From: a virus
Taxonomy: Duplodnaviria > Caudoviricetes
Direction: 5' to 3' (one strand)
IMG/VR virus record: IMGVR_UViG_3300046167_000167
Span: 1-53,240 of that record
DNA length: 53,240 nucleotides
The notes below the pieces were generated by a model that saw only the letters and a list, made by a program, of their open reading frames with translations, did not search any database and was not told the DNA's origin. Both the position numbers and the translations under genes were made by a program. This document shows positions 10,126 to 19,929 of this stretch, piece by piece (position 1 is the first letter of the stretch; every line of letters begins with the position of its first letter).

Positions 10126-10904
10126 ATGGCTTTAAATACAACCACTCTTGAGACAAATCTCAACACAAAAATGAACGCCACAACAGGCACAACCTCGGGT
10201 AAGGACTTCTTGCTACTTGGAAAGGCGGTCGAGGCTCTCACGCCCTCAATCACAGTAGCTTCTGTAATTGCTGAAGGCACAACTCAAGTAGCTGCGGTAC
10301 AAGCGGCTGCGGCTGGCTACGCGCCATTAGCTGACCCAACCTTCACAGGTACGGTAAACGCTGCGGCGCTCACACTCTCAGGCGACCTGACCGTTAACGG
10401 TACAACTACCGTAACGGTGAACAGCACCGACGCTTAGACGTTGCGGACCTTAACATTACGATTGCTGATGGCGCTGCGGACGCGGCTGCGGCAAACGGTG
10501 CTGGCATCACGGTAGATGGTGCTTCAGCCACGATGCTCTATACCAGTGCAACGGATACATGGGACTTCAACAAGGCTATCACAGGGACGTACACGAACCT
10601 TCAGCCTGTTATTAATACAAACGCAGCGGTCACAGGTGCTACAACTTTTGATGTAACAAAGCCGATGCACCACTTCGACATGACAGGTGCGGCCTCGTTT
10701 ACTGGCGTAAACATTGCGGCAGGCAGAACCTGCATGATGGTTCTTGATACTACAGCAACGCCACACACGCCTTCTTGGGGCAGCGACATTAAGTGGCCCG
10801 GTGCAACTGAGCCAACATGGGCTGACAGCCGTTACTGGATTGTGTCCATGACCTGTCTTGATGGATCAATCATCTTGGCTTCGGCTTCTGGTTACACGGT
10901 TTAA
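10126..10904 (+). CDS. tail fibre-associated protein, split by a frameshift near 10430-10437
   Basis: Frame of 10126 ends ...GDLTVNGTTTVTVNST; the frame of ORF 10533 continues from 10434 as LDVADLNITIADGAADAAAANGAGITVDG, the usual continuation of this fibre motif. Confidence 0.7.
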
Positions 10905-10916
10905 GGGGGTAAGCAA

Positions 10917-11858
10917 ATGAGTTTACCAACAAACTTTTTCATTGGCCGTGGTGGTGCTATCGGACCCGAACCCATTACTGGCTTTAGTGATGGTGCTACA
11001 ATCTTAAACGGCTACGGCTTTGAACTCTATAAAGCAGGTGTCGGGAATGCCAGTAAGTTTTATTATTATTTTACCGTCCCTTCTGGTGTTACAAAGCTGC
11101 GCTTCATCGCCATAGGGGCAGGTGCAGGTGGTACAGATACCTACAACGTATATGGTGCAGGTGGCGGGGGAGGAATCGAAGGATTTTTAGATGTGTCTGC
11201 GGGTGAAACCGTTAGGTGCGCTGTGGGTATTGGCGGTGAAGGTGTCGACACAGGATCATCAGGTAGAGGCGGCGACTCTGATATTTATCAAGCTTCCACA
11301 GGTTATTTTATGGAGGCATATGGGGGTAGAGATAATTCTTATGGGTCAGGTGTTCGTAGAGGTAATGGTTACTCAGGCGGCTATCCTTCTTCTAACGTAA
11401 TCTCTCAAGGTACTGGAGGTGCAACAAACACAGATGGTGATAACTCCAGTAACCTAAATCCAATTACTAATGCAGTATACCTTTCTGGTGCAACTGCTCA
11501 TGCAGGTGGCGCAGGAGGTTGGGATTCTCACCCAGTTAGTTTTGGTTCTGGAATAGGTTTTGGTGGAGGTGGTGGTTTTACTAACTCAACTACTAGTCGA
11601 AGAAACGGCGGTATCTACGGCTATGCAGGTGGTAATGGACAAGGCAGTCAAGGCAACGCAGGGCTTGGACCCGTAGGCGGTAATCCATATGGACCTACTG
11701 CTAATGGCAGTGGCTACGGCGGTGGCGGTGGCTCCTACGGCGGTGGTGGTTGTGATGGATGGTCTGGTGGCTGTGGTGCGGGTGGCTTAATCCGCATCTG
11801 GTGGGCCTCAAGCCAAGGTGATCCTGATTGGATTCTGTCAGGCGGTAATTATGTATAA
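10917..11858 (+). CDS. glycine-rich tail fibre / receptor-binding protein
   Basis: 313 aa; FTVPSGVTKLRFIAIGAGAGG...GAGGLIRIWW glycine-rich domain. Confidence 0.75.
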   Translation: MSLPTNFFIGRGGAIGPEPITGFSDGATILNGYGFELYKAGVGNASKFYYYFTVPSGVTKLRFIAIGAGAGGTDTYNVYGAGGGGGIEGFLDVSAGETVRCAVGIGGEGVDTGSSGRGGDSDIYQASTGYFMEAYGGRDNSYGSGVRRGNGYSGGYPSSNVISQGTGGATNTDGDNSSNLNPITNAVYLSGATAHAGGAGGWDSHPVSFGSGIGFGGGGGFTNSTTSRRNGGIYGYAGGNGQGSQGNAGLGPVGGNPYGPTANGSGYGGGGGSYGGGGCDGWSGGCGAGGLIRIWWASSQGDPDWILSGGNYV

Positions 11859-11870
11859 GGAAATCACCCA

Positions 11871-14216
11871 ATGAGCAAAGCAAGAATATTAGCCGACCTG
11901 ATTTCCGACAGCCAAATCACGGCGTCAGAAATTACAGGTCTTGAACTTAACGCAATCCAGCAAGGAGACACTATCGTTGAAGTGTCGGACACAGGCAGCG
12001 GCGGCAAAGTCGTTGTTCGTGTGGATGGCGCTGACAATTCTGAGTTTAACGCTGGCGGGATTAAAGTCCCGTCAGGCACAACCGCACAGCGTGACCCAGC
12101 GGCTGTTGTTGGTTCGCTGCGATACAACACAACCATAGGCTTCTTTGAGACGCTTACAGGCTCTGGTTGGGGTGCTGTGGCTACACCTCCAAGTATTACA
12201 GGTATTACCCCTAGTAACTTTGATGGTGCTGCCGGGGCTACCTTTACCGTGGACGGTGCGTTCTTCGATACTGCTACTACAGCGGTATTCAAGGGCGCTG
12301 ACGGTACAGATTATGCGGCGGCTACAGTTACTTATGTTAGCACTACACAGATTACTATTACAAACGCTACAAATCTGCCCGTAGCAAATGAGCCTTTTAG
12401 GATTTCCGTTACTAACGGTGCTGGTCTGTCTGCAGAAAGCATACAAGGCATTGATGCTGGTTCTGTCCCAGCCTTCACAACAGCCGCAGGTACTCTTGCT
12501 ACTACAACACGCTGGGATGATGCGGTCTCTGTAACTGTAAATGCTACTGACGCTGAAAACACTATCTCAGGCTATGCGGTTACTGAAGGAAACCTACCAG
12601 CGGGTCTTACTCTGGACGGTACTACAGGTGCTATCACGGGAACGTCTACTGAACAGACTACGACCACCTATACGTTTACCATTGAAGCCACTGACAGCGC
12701 AGGGAACACAAACACTCGTCAGTTTAATATTCAGATCGTTAATTCTGCACCCGTTTGGAGTAGTCCTGCGGATGGCGTTACTCTTGATGTAAACGGTGCT
12801 GCATCTATATCCCTAAGTGCGTCAGACCCAGAGGGTTCTAATGTATCTTATAGTTCCTCTAACCTACCCACAGGCTTTTCTATAAGTGGCAACACTATTA
12901 CAGGTACATCAAACTCTTATGTGACTTCTAGCGTATTAGTAAATGCCTCTGATGGTTATAACTTTTCTGGTAGAAGTTTCTTTATTAACAATATCGCACC
13001 CCGACTTGGGCTAAGCTCGTGGCCTTCTACAATAATCGGCTTTGCTGACCCATCTGTTTCATCCTATGACGTAAGCGGAAGTAATTTTGTAGGTTATACA
13101 AGCCCTTATGACGGTCGATTTGTAAATGAATGGGATGTTTTATCAGACCAAAATATTGTAGGTGCAAACGGAATCTCGCCTAGTAACATAACTTCACCTC
13201 TTGGCCGTACTGTTCCATCGTCAACATGGGCTTCTCTTCGGAACATTGGAGACAGACAAGGCAATGCACAGTCTGCCGAAAGAGCAGGTTTTGGCTTATT
13301 TTCTGTAGGAAGGGATTGTCCATCTAGTGTTACTACTATCAACGTACTTGCATACGGGGGCGGTGGATACCAAACTATGGCGAACTACGCCCAAACACAA
13401 TTTTCGGTTGTAGATCAGGATACTTTTAGGATTTGTATCGGTGCTGGTGCATCTAATGGCGGAAGTAAACCCGCAGCCAATGGCGTTGGCGGGGGTGGTG
13501 CGGATGGTGACGGCAGCGGCCGTGGCGGCGGGGGAGGCACAGGGTTCTGGGATGTGGGCATATCTCGCTCATCCTCTAGCTCTAACCGTTTTGTAGTTGC
13601 AGGAGGAGGAGGCAACTACGTCAACAACAATGGAAGAGTAGGAACGTCTGCGGCAAACTCTACTCAAGGAGACACTCTGTATTCTGCAATTGCATACACT
13701 AATGGTCAAGACCCCGGCAACAATGCAGCAAATTATCATATGGGCGGTGGCCCCGGGGCAGGTGGCTATAGTTCTACTGGTGGTAATTCTTTTAGCCTTT
13801 CCAATACAGGGAATCCAGGTGCGTACAATACAGGCACTGGACAAGCGGATCGTAGTCAAGAGACAATGTCTGATATTTATCGTCGTGGTGACGGTGGTGG
13901 TACAGGAGGTAGCGGTAGTAACCCAACAGATCGTACTACAGGCGGCGGTGGTGGCTTTGCTTACAATGCAATTGGTCTTGGTGGCGGAGGTGGCCAGTTT
14001 GGCGGCGGCGGCGGTTGGCAAGGCGGTGGCGGCGGTTGGGGAGACAGCGGTACGGCTGGCAGTTCCTTTGCCAATGGTGGGACTACTCCTACTTATGGTA
14101 TCGGTCCTGTTGGACCTTCTGGCTCAAATACTTTTAGCACCTATAACCCTCCTGTGTCTGGCCTGTCGCATCCGTATGACTATCACAGCCACGGAATAGT
14201 TCTTGTCTGGTGGTAA
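11871..14216 (+). CDS. tail fibre / adhesin with Ig-like (IPT / He_PIG-like) domains and a C-terminal glycine-rich domain
   Basis: 781 aa; VPSGTTAQR..LRYNTT, PSITGITPS, GNLPAGLTLDGTTGAITGT, then a Gly-rich C-terminus ending GIVLVWW. Confidence 0.8.
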   Translation: MSKARILADLISDSQITASEITGLELNAIQQGDTIVEVSDTGSGGKVVVRVDGADNSEFNAGGIKVPSGTTAQRDPAAVVGSLRYNTTIGFFETLTGSGWGAVATPPSITGITPSNFDGAAGATFTVDGAFFDTATTAVFKGADGTDYAAATVTYVSTTQITITNATNLPVANEPFRISVTNGAGLSAESIQGIDAGSVPAFTTAAGTLATTTRWDDAVSVTVNATDAENTISGYAVTEGNLPAGLTLDGTTGAITGTSTEQTTTTYTFTIEATDSAGNTNTRQFNIQIVNSAPVWSSPADGVTLDVNGAASISLSASDPEGSNVSYSSSNLPTGFSISGNTITGTSNSYVTSSVLVNASDGYNFSGRSFFINNIAPRLGLSSWPSTIIGFADPSVSSYDVSGSNFVGYTSPYDGRFVNEWDVLSDQNIVGANGISPSNITSPLGRTVPSSTWASLRNIGDRQGNAQSAERAGFGLFSVGRDCPSSVTTINVLAYGGGGYQTMANYAQTQFSVVDQDTFRICIGAGASNGGSKPAANGVGGGGADGDGSGRGGGGGTGFWDVGISRSSSSSNRFVVAGGGGNYVNNNGRVGTSAANSTQGDTLYSAIAYTNGQDPGNNAANYHMGGGPGAGGYSSTGGNSFSLSNTGNPGAYNTGTGQADRSQETMSDIYRRGDGGGTGGSGSNPTDRTTGGGGGFAYNAIGLGGGGGQFGGGGGWQGGGGGWGDSGTAGSSFANGGTTPTYGIGPVGPSGSNTFSTYNPPVSGLSHPYDYHSHGIVLVWW

Positions 14217-14272
14217 ATGACACACCCTCAAGAAGGCTGGCACATATCCAGAAGTACCAGCCAACTTAACCC

Positions 14273-14301
14273 TTGCTAATACACCAACTAAGTGCTACAA
14301 T
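14273..14301 (+). promoter_or_regulatory. sigma70-type promoter for the ejection and lysis genes
   Basis: TTGCTA-17 nt-TACAAT, with TG before the -10. Confidence 0.6.
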
Positions 14302-14335
14302 TGTGATATTGTTAAACTAGGTATAACCACACACA

Positions 14336-14791
14336 ATGAACGATACTCCTGACAAGTACAGGTCGTTCGTCTTAACAGCTCAAAATGTAATAAGATATTG
14401 GACGGTATTAGAGCCGCATATTGATAGAGCTTTAGAACACGGTATAGGCGAACTAACCTCATTCGACATCTGCAAATTAGCACTAAACAATCAAGCTCAG
14501 ATTTGGGCTACAGTAGACCACAATGAAAAACTATCATGTGTGACTGTTACGAAAATTATAGTCACTGAAAACACCAAACACCTTCACATTGTTTGCCTCA
14601 CTTCTGTCGATAATACGGTGCGCAACATGAAGGATCAGTTCCATAATCTAGAAGATTTTGCGAAACATAACGGCTGCACATCGTTGCAAGTCTGGGGCCG
14701 CAAGGGTTGGGAACGTAAGTTGAAACCTCTCAAAAGTAGAAGCGGGAATAGCTTTAAGACGCTCTACTACGTTTTCCATCAGGAGATATAG
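14336..14791 (+). CDS. GNAT-like virion assembly protein (positional analogue of P22 gp14 / T7 gp13)
   Basis: 151 aa; FAKHNGCTSLQVWGRKGWERKL motif; precedes the first ejection-protein gene. Confidence 0.6.
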   Translation: MNDTPDKYRSFVLTAQNVIRYWTVLEPHIDRALEHGIGELTSFDICKLALNNQAQIWATVDHNEKLSCVTVTKIIVTENTKHLHIVCLTSVDNTVRNMKDQFHNLEDFAKHNGCTSLQVWGRKGWERKLKPLKSRSGNSFKTLYYVFHQEI

Positions 14792-14792
14792 A

Positions 14793-16142
14793 ATGCTGTT
14801 AAACCCAATAATGCGCCACCTAAATCCACGAAGTTCAGGACTTATTGTATTTAAAGGTGGCGGTGGCGGTACTCCCGCCCCCGTAGCTACAGAAACTACA
14901 GGCACAAGTCTAGCGAGTGATTTAGGGGGAACCGTAGGTGGAGCATCTACATCTGATATGGGTGTTCACGGCGATGATTTTGGTAGTGGAAAAGCTATAA
15001 CACCGCCACCCCCAGCACCAGCACCAGCACCTACTATTGATACTTCCAATCTAGCTAAGTCAGCGGCAATGGATGCAGGTTTTGCCAGCGTACTAGGTGA
15101 CACTGGCAACATCTTATCCGACACTGGTCAGATTAAATCTAACGTGAATACAGGTTTTGCGTCCATTGAAGACTTGCTAGGCCAGTATAATACTGCGTCA
15201 CAACAGCAATTCAGCAACCTAAGTCAAGGCCAGACCGCTGGCTTTCAGGACATGGGAAACCGCTTTGATACTGTCGATCAAGCCACTAGCAATCTTCAAG
15301 GCACAGTCGATCAAGGATTTGTAGATCAGGCACAGGGCTTTAGTGATGCACAGGCCAATCGCACAGCTAATGCTGCCCAAGCAGACGCAAGCTTTGCTGC
15401 CGCTGGTCAAGCTATGGATCAAGGATTTGCAAACACCTCAGACCAGATGACGCAAACTCAGGCTAACGTCTTGGGCGGTCAGGCTGGTATACAAACAAAT
15501 CTAGATAATATGTCTGCAACTGCGGATATTTACGCCGCCGAATCTATGCAAAATCAGGAAGCACTACAACAGGGACAGGATCAATTTGTAAGCAGCTTTG
15601 ATGATTACACTGATCGCTACGGGCAAGATCAGAAATTAGCAATCAACTCACGCAATGATATTTTTCAAGCACAAGCCAATCAATCTGAGAAGCTGCGGGA
15701 AGATATTGGTGAGTATTCACAGGCACTCCAAACGGGTCAGGAAGATTTGACTACCGAAATACAAGAACGCTCAGTCGGATTGGAAGAACAATTTGCTGAA
15801 GGCCTAGCTGGTCTGGATGCTTCACAGATTACACAGGCCCGTAATCAGGCTAGATCAGCTTCCCGGCTAACAAATCTAAACCCTGCAATGCGTACTAAGT
15901 TTAGTCAGCTTGGAGCGTCTTTCAACGATGCAGGTCAGCTAATCGAAAGCAGCATCGACGCAGATGGTGGAACAACAAACCGCTCAGTTGATCGCACTGG
16001 TAACCTTCTACTCAACAAATTTGATGTCACGGGTCAATCAATGGGTGGAGCAACAATTAACCTTCGCACATCTCTTCAGGAGTTAAGCGATTTACAAGGC
16101 CAATCAAGTGGATTTGCCTCCCCATTCGCACAAACAGGATAA
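14793..16142 (+). CDS. putative internal virion / DNA ejection protein
   Basis: 449 aa, Gln/Ala/Ser-rich helical; 20-aa leader followed by KGGGGG. Confidence 0.6.
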   Translation: MLLNPIMRHLNPRSSGLIVFKGGGGGTPAPVATETTGTSLASDLGGTVGGASTSDMGVHGDDFGSGKAITPPPPAPAPAPTIDTSNLAKSAAMDAGFASVLGDTGNILSDTGQIKSNVNTGFASIEDLLGQYNTASQQQFSNLSQGQTAGFQDMGNRFDTVDQATSNLQGTVDQGFVDQAQGFSDAQANRTANAAQADASFAAAGQAMDQGFANTSDQMTQTQANVLGGQAGIQTNLDNMSATADIYAAESMQNQEALQQGQDQFVSSFDDYTDRYGQDQKLAINSRNDIFQAQANQSEKLREDIGEYSQALQTGQEDLTTEIQERSVGLEEQFAEGLAGLDASQITQARNQARSASRLTNLNPAMRTKFSQLGASFNDAGQLIESSIDADGGTTNRSVDRTGNLLLNKFDVTGQSMGGATINLRTSLQELSDLQGQSSGFASPFAQTG

Positions 16143-16145
16143 ATC

Positions 16146-16878
16146 ATGCATCCAAATACAGTATCAAAAGACTGCGTAGAACTTGTTAAAAAGTTTGAAG
16201 GTCTGCACAAAGTTAAAGACGATGGGATGGTACACGCCTATCGATGCCCCGCAGGTAAAGTGGACTTGCGGATTTGGGGCAACCAAAGGGGTACGCTCTG
16301 GAGTTAAGTGGACTAAAGAGTACTCCGAAATGCGCCTGATCGAAGACCTAGAGGAACACGGTAAGATTGTTAAGAAATACGTCAATGTACCTTTAACTCA
16401 ATCTCAGTACGATGCCCTTACCTCATTCGTATTCAATTTAGGTGGTGGTGCGTTCAGATCATCAACTTTGCTTACACGTTTGAACTCTGGAAAGTACGAC
16501 GAATGTCCTGAACAGATCATGCGGTGGAACAAAGCCCGTGTGGATGGCAAACTAACACCGCTTCGTGGACTAACACGCCGCCGCACCGCAGAGGCCGCTA
16601 TCTTCGCCCGTGAGGCTCAACTGCCTTCTGATGAAGGTGGGCCGCAGATGCCACAGAAACCTACGGCAGAGGCTCCTAAATCACTTGCTAAGTCCAAGAC
16701 AATGGCTGGGGCCGGGATCGCTGGTGCAGCCACGGCCATGAATGAAGTAGCAGGTCAAATGCAGGGGCTGGTAGCTTACGCCCCTATGTTAAAAACAATC
16801 TTCTTGGTGTGTGCAATCGGCGGTATCGCTTTGGCTGCATACGCTCGTTTCAAAGATAATAAAGAAGGCGTCCACTAG
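16146..16878 (+). CDS. endolysin (GH24 phage lysozyme) with C-terminal hydrophobic segments; one-base frameshift near 16257-16260
   Basis: ATG 16146 gives MHPNTVSKDCVELVKKFEGL..AYRCPAGK; the shifted frame continues WTCGFGAT..QSQYDALTSFVFNLG..GLTRRRTAE. Confidence 0.85.
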
Positions 16879-17117
16879 TGTTCATCTTTGGTAAAATTAA
16901 GATGTACATCATTGCCACTTTAGCATTGGCCCTGCCCATTATCTACGTCTTCGGGCAGATCAAAGGGCGGGCAAAAGAAAAGAACAAAGTTCTAACGGAT
17001 GAACTACAGGCGCAGAAAAAGGCGTCTGATTTTTATAAGGCGATGGCTGAAAATGAGAGCGATACTCTTACTGACCGCCGCTCTGTCACTGACAGGCTGC
17101 GCAAAAACGGTCTATAG
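16878..17117 (+). CDS. putative inner-membrane spanin (Rz-like)
   Basis: 79 aa; N-terminal TM helix plus coiled coil; follows the endolysin and overlaps a lipoprotein gene. Confidence 0.65.
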   Translation: MFIFGKIKMYIIATLALALPIIYVFGQIKGRAKEKNKVLTDELQAQKKASDFYKAMAENESDTLTDRRSVTDRLRKNGL

Positions 17118-17298
17118 AACCCAGCTTGAAATCTACTGCCCCCAAATCAAGCAGTATGATGAGCGGTTCAACAACCAATTAGCTGATGAATTAGAAAGTC
17201 TTCCTGCCGATGCTACGGCAATCGATGAGGCTGTCAAAAACTACATCTACCTTCGTGATCGTATCCGTAGATGTGAAGAGGAAAAGGATAAGATCTGA
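17053..17298 (+). CDS. putative outer-membrane spanin lipoprotein (Rz1-like)
   Basis: ATG 17053: MRAILLLTAALSLTGC lipobox; overlaps the 3' end of the i-spanin gene. Confidence 0.7.
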   Translation: MRAILLLTAALSLTGCAKTVYRTQLEIYCPQIKQYDERFNNQLADELESLPADATAIDEAVKNYIYLRDRIRRCEEEKDKI

Positions 17299-19745
17299 TG
17301 GGTTTATGGGCAGATACTATTGGCGATGGCAACAGCTTCACTGAGAGTGTGGCTAATGTGTTTACTCCGACTGATGGGGCTTCATATGTAGGTGGTACGC
17401 TGACGTATGACAGCGGTGATAATGCAGGTACGGTGGTTCAGCAAAACTCTGATGGTAGCTTTGGGACTTCCTCTGACAATAATGGTAAGGGATACACAGG
17501 TTCTGCAAACGACACCACCAGTAATTCCGATAACATTTCAGGTAATACAAATAACAAATTTGTACCAACGGGTTCAGCCCCCAGCACAATGGCTTCCATT
17601 CTAGGATTTGCTACACCTGTGACGGCAGTGGCTACTGTAGCTGGTAAACTCATGGGCTGGGTAAATGGCCTTGATCCAGAGGCCGACATTATAAATGGCG
17701 ATGTAATTGGTGGGCGTCAAATATATACCAAAGCTGGCGAAGGCGGGATGTCTTATTCCTACAACTTTCTTGGACAGCCCTACGAAGTTGAAGTTATAGA
17801 CGGTAAGGTTGTTGATAAATTAACACAGGATGCAAATGGTAACTATCCCGGCACTGAAGGGTATGACCAATCAACTACTCGCTACGCAACAATGGCTCAA
17901 GATCTCCGAGATCAGGGCAACGATGACGAAGCCGATGCGCTTTTGGCAGAGGCCGAAGATAACGCTGCCACAGAACCACCTAGTAATGTAGAAACCAATT
18001 CCGACGAAATACTGGAGATGGCTAAAGCAGCCGGAGTTATACAGTCACAAGAAGACATGAAGGCTATAATTGCCGACCCTAATAAGTTTTTAAATGATAG
18101 GGGTCTTAAACTGGCAGACATTATGCCGACCATCGATGCTAATGCGGAAGGTACACTTCTAGACCCCAATGATCCGAGGTACAGTCTGGGTGAAAATGAT
18201 GGGTACACTGCCGTTGCTACAGGCGATGCAGCCACGGTAGCAGACGTAGTGCAACCAAACACAGCTACTTATGACGCCCAGATGTCAGAGCTTACTGACA
18301 AAGAAATGGTAACCGCAGCCACCGGGACGGTAAGTGATGATGCAGTAGTAAATGCAGATAACCTCATTACAGACATCGAAGGTGCGGCCACTGGTGTAAA
18401 TGCAGACGGCACACGCAGTGTTCTAGGCGAAGCTCTAAATAATTTTGCCTCTCAAGACATTAGTTCTGTGATTGATACGAGTACGGTATCAGGTAAGTTG
18501 TTTGCCCAGAAGCTAGGTGAAGGTAACTACACCGACGCCAAGGCTACTGTCTTAGGTCAAATGAAGATTATATCGGAAGAGTTTAAAGACTCTAACGGAA
18601 ATCCGACTATACCCGCTTGGGCGCAGTCTATGCACCGAGATGCCTCAAAATCTGTAGCCTTTAATGGCATATCAGGTACTGCGGCAACGGCAGCTTTTAG
18701 TAATGCAATTATGGAAGCTACTCTGGGAGTGGCCGAACAGGATGCAAGTTTTTTCCAAACGCTGACCATCAAAAATCTAGACAACCGTCAGCAAGCCGTA
18801 ATTAACAAGGCTAATGTTTTATCTAACCTAGAGATGAACAACGTAGACGTTAAGACACAGGCGGCAATACAAAACGCCAAAAACTTTATGCAGATGGACC
18901 TAGAGAACTTAACTAACGATCAACAGGCAGAGGTAATAAACCGAGCCGCATATGTTCAGTCCCTGTTCGATAATACTGCCGCTATCAATGCACAGCGGTT
19001 GTTTACGGCAGATAATGAAAATGACGCCAATAAGTTTTGGGGTGAACTTGCAGTATCGGCACAGCGTCACAACTCATCTGAGATGAATGCCTTAAAGAAG
19101 TTTAATGCAGGCGAAACTAATGACGCTGCGCAGTATAATTCGGACATGAAGAATGACCGCCAAAAGTTTAATGTAACTTTTCAAAATGAAATTGACAGAA
19201 GTAATGCTAAGTGGCGGCAGACCGTAGAGACTGCCAATAATCAAATAATGGTTGATGCCCATACAGCGGATGTGAAAGCAGCCCTCGACATAACACAGGA
19301 AGCCCAGAATAGGCTTTGGGATAGCACAGATAGCGTACTAGATTTAATCTGGAAGACTACCGACAACGATATGGAGCGTGAGCTTAGATTGTTGACCGCA
19401 CAGATGACCGCGCAGTCGGGTCAATCTTCCGGCGGCGGATTTATGGATAGCGTACTACAATTAGGTGGCGCTTTCTTAGGGACCAGTACTGGCGCTGGTT
19501 GGCTGAAGAGTATTTTACCATCAGACGTTAGGCTGAAAGAAAACATCCAGCATTACGACACTTTGAAAGGTATTAATTTTTATACTTGGGATTGGAATAC
19601 TGAAGGCAAACGAGTTGGAGCCGACCAATTCCCTCCCTTTGGAGTACTAGCGCAAGAGGTGCAGAAGACGCACCCGAAAGCCGTAGTCGAGGATCACAAC
19701 GGATATCTTCGGGTAAATTATGGGATGATTAACAATGACATTTGA
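17298..19745 (+). CDS. internal virion protein with a C-terminal intramolecular chaperone (peptidase S74-like) domain
   Basis: 815 aa; Gln/Asn/Ala-rich helical core; C-terminal SDVRLKENI..GVLAQEV..GYLRVNYG. Confidence 0.7.
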   Translation: MGLWADTIGDGNSFTESVANVFTPTDGASYVGGTLTYDSGDNAGTVVQQNSDGSFGTSSDNNGKGYTGSANDTTSNSDNISGNTNNKFVPTGSAPSTMASILGFATPVTAVATVAGKLMGWVNGLDPEADIINGDVIGGRQIYTKAGEGGMSYSYNFLGQPYEVEVIDGKVVDKLTQDANGNYPGTEGYDQSTTRYATMAQDLRDQGNDDEADALLAEAEDNAATEPPSNVETNSDEILEMAKAAGVIQSQEDMKAIIADPNKFLNDRGLKLADIMPTIDANAEGTLLDPNDPRYSLGENDGYTAVATGDAATVADVVQPNTATYDAQMSELTDKEMVTAATGTVSDDAVVNADNLITDIEGAATGVNADGTRSVLGEALNNFASQDISSVIDTSTVSGKLFAQKLGEGNYTDAKATVLGQMKIISEEFKDSNGNPTIPAWAQSMHRDASKSVAFNGISGTAATAAFSNAIMEATLGVAEQDASFFQTLTIKNLDNRQQAVINKANVLSNLEMNNVDVKTQAAIQNAKNFMQMDLENLTNDQQAEVINRAAYVQSLFDNTAAINAQRLFTADNENDANKFWGELAVSAQRHNSSEMNALKKFNAGETNDAAQYNSDMKNDRQKFNVTFQNEIDRSNAKWRQTVETANNQIMVDAHTADVKAALDITQEAQNRLWDSTDSVLDLIWKTTDNDMERELRLLTAQMTAQSGQSSGGGFMDSVLQLGGAFLGTSTGAGWLKSILPSDVRLKENIQHYDTLKGINFYTWDWNTEGKRVGADQFPPFGVLAQEVQKTHPKAVVEDHNGYLRVNYGMINNDI

Positions 19746-19929
19746 TGAAGCAATCAAGAAATCAATCAAAATGTTTATGAAGGGCAAGATGCCCATGAAC
19801 ACAAGTCAGATAAGTGAAGAAGGCTTGTTCTTCACCCCTGAGTACTTTGACGAATTAGAAGAAGATTTGTTGGAAGAACCTACGGATAGCAAGAAGGCTA
19901 AGGAAGAGGAGATGGAAGATGAGGTTTGA
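19735..19929 (+). CDS. hypothetical acidic protein
   Basis: 64-aa ORF overlapping both neighbours. Confidence 0.6.
   Translation: MTFDEAIKKSIKMFMKGKMPMNTSQISEEGLFFTPEYFDELEEDLLEEPTDSKKAKEEEMEDEV

Noticed and set aside
10398-10440. Programmed frameshift in the tail fibre gene
   Set aside because: No slippery heptamer in the overlap window, and the break disrupts a conserved fibre motif. More likely an indel error or recent mutation; needs read checking.
10917-14216. Diversity-generating retroelement or invertible fibre cassette
   Set aside because: No reverse transcriptase, no template/variable repeat pair and no invertase with flanking inverted repeats were seen.
16250-16262. Recoding or pseudogenisation of the endolysin
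   Set aside because: Removing one base from GGTAAAGTGG restores AGKWTCG. A homopolymer-type insertion in an essential gene suggests a sequencing error.
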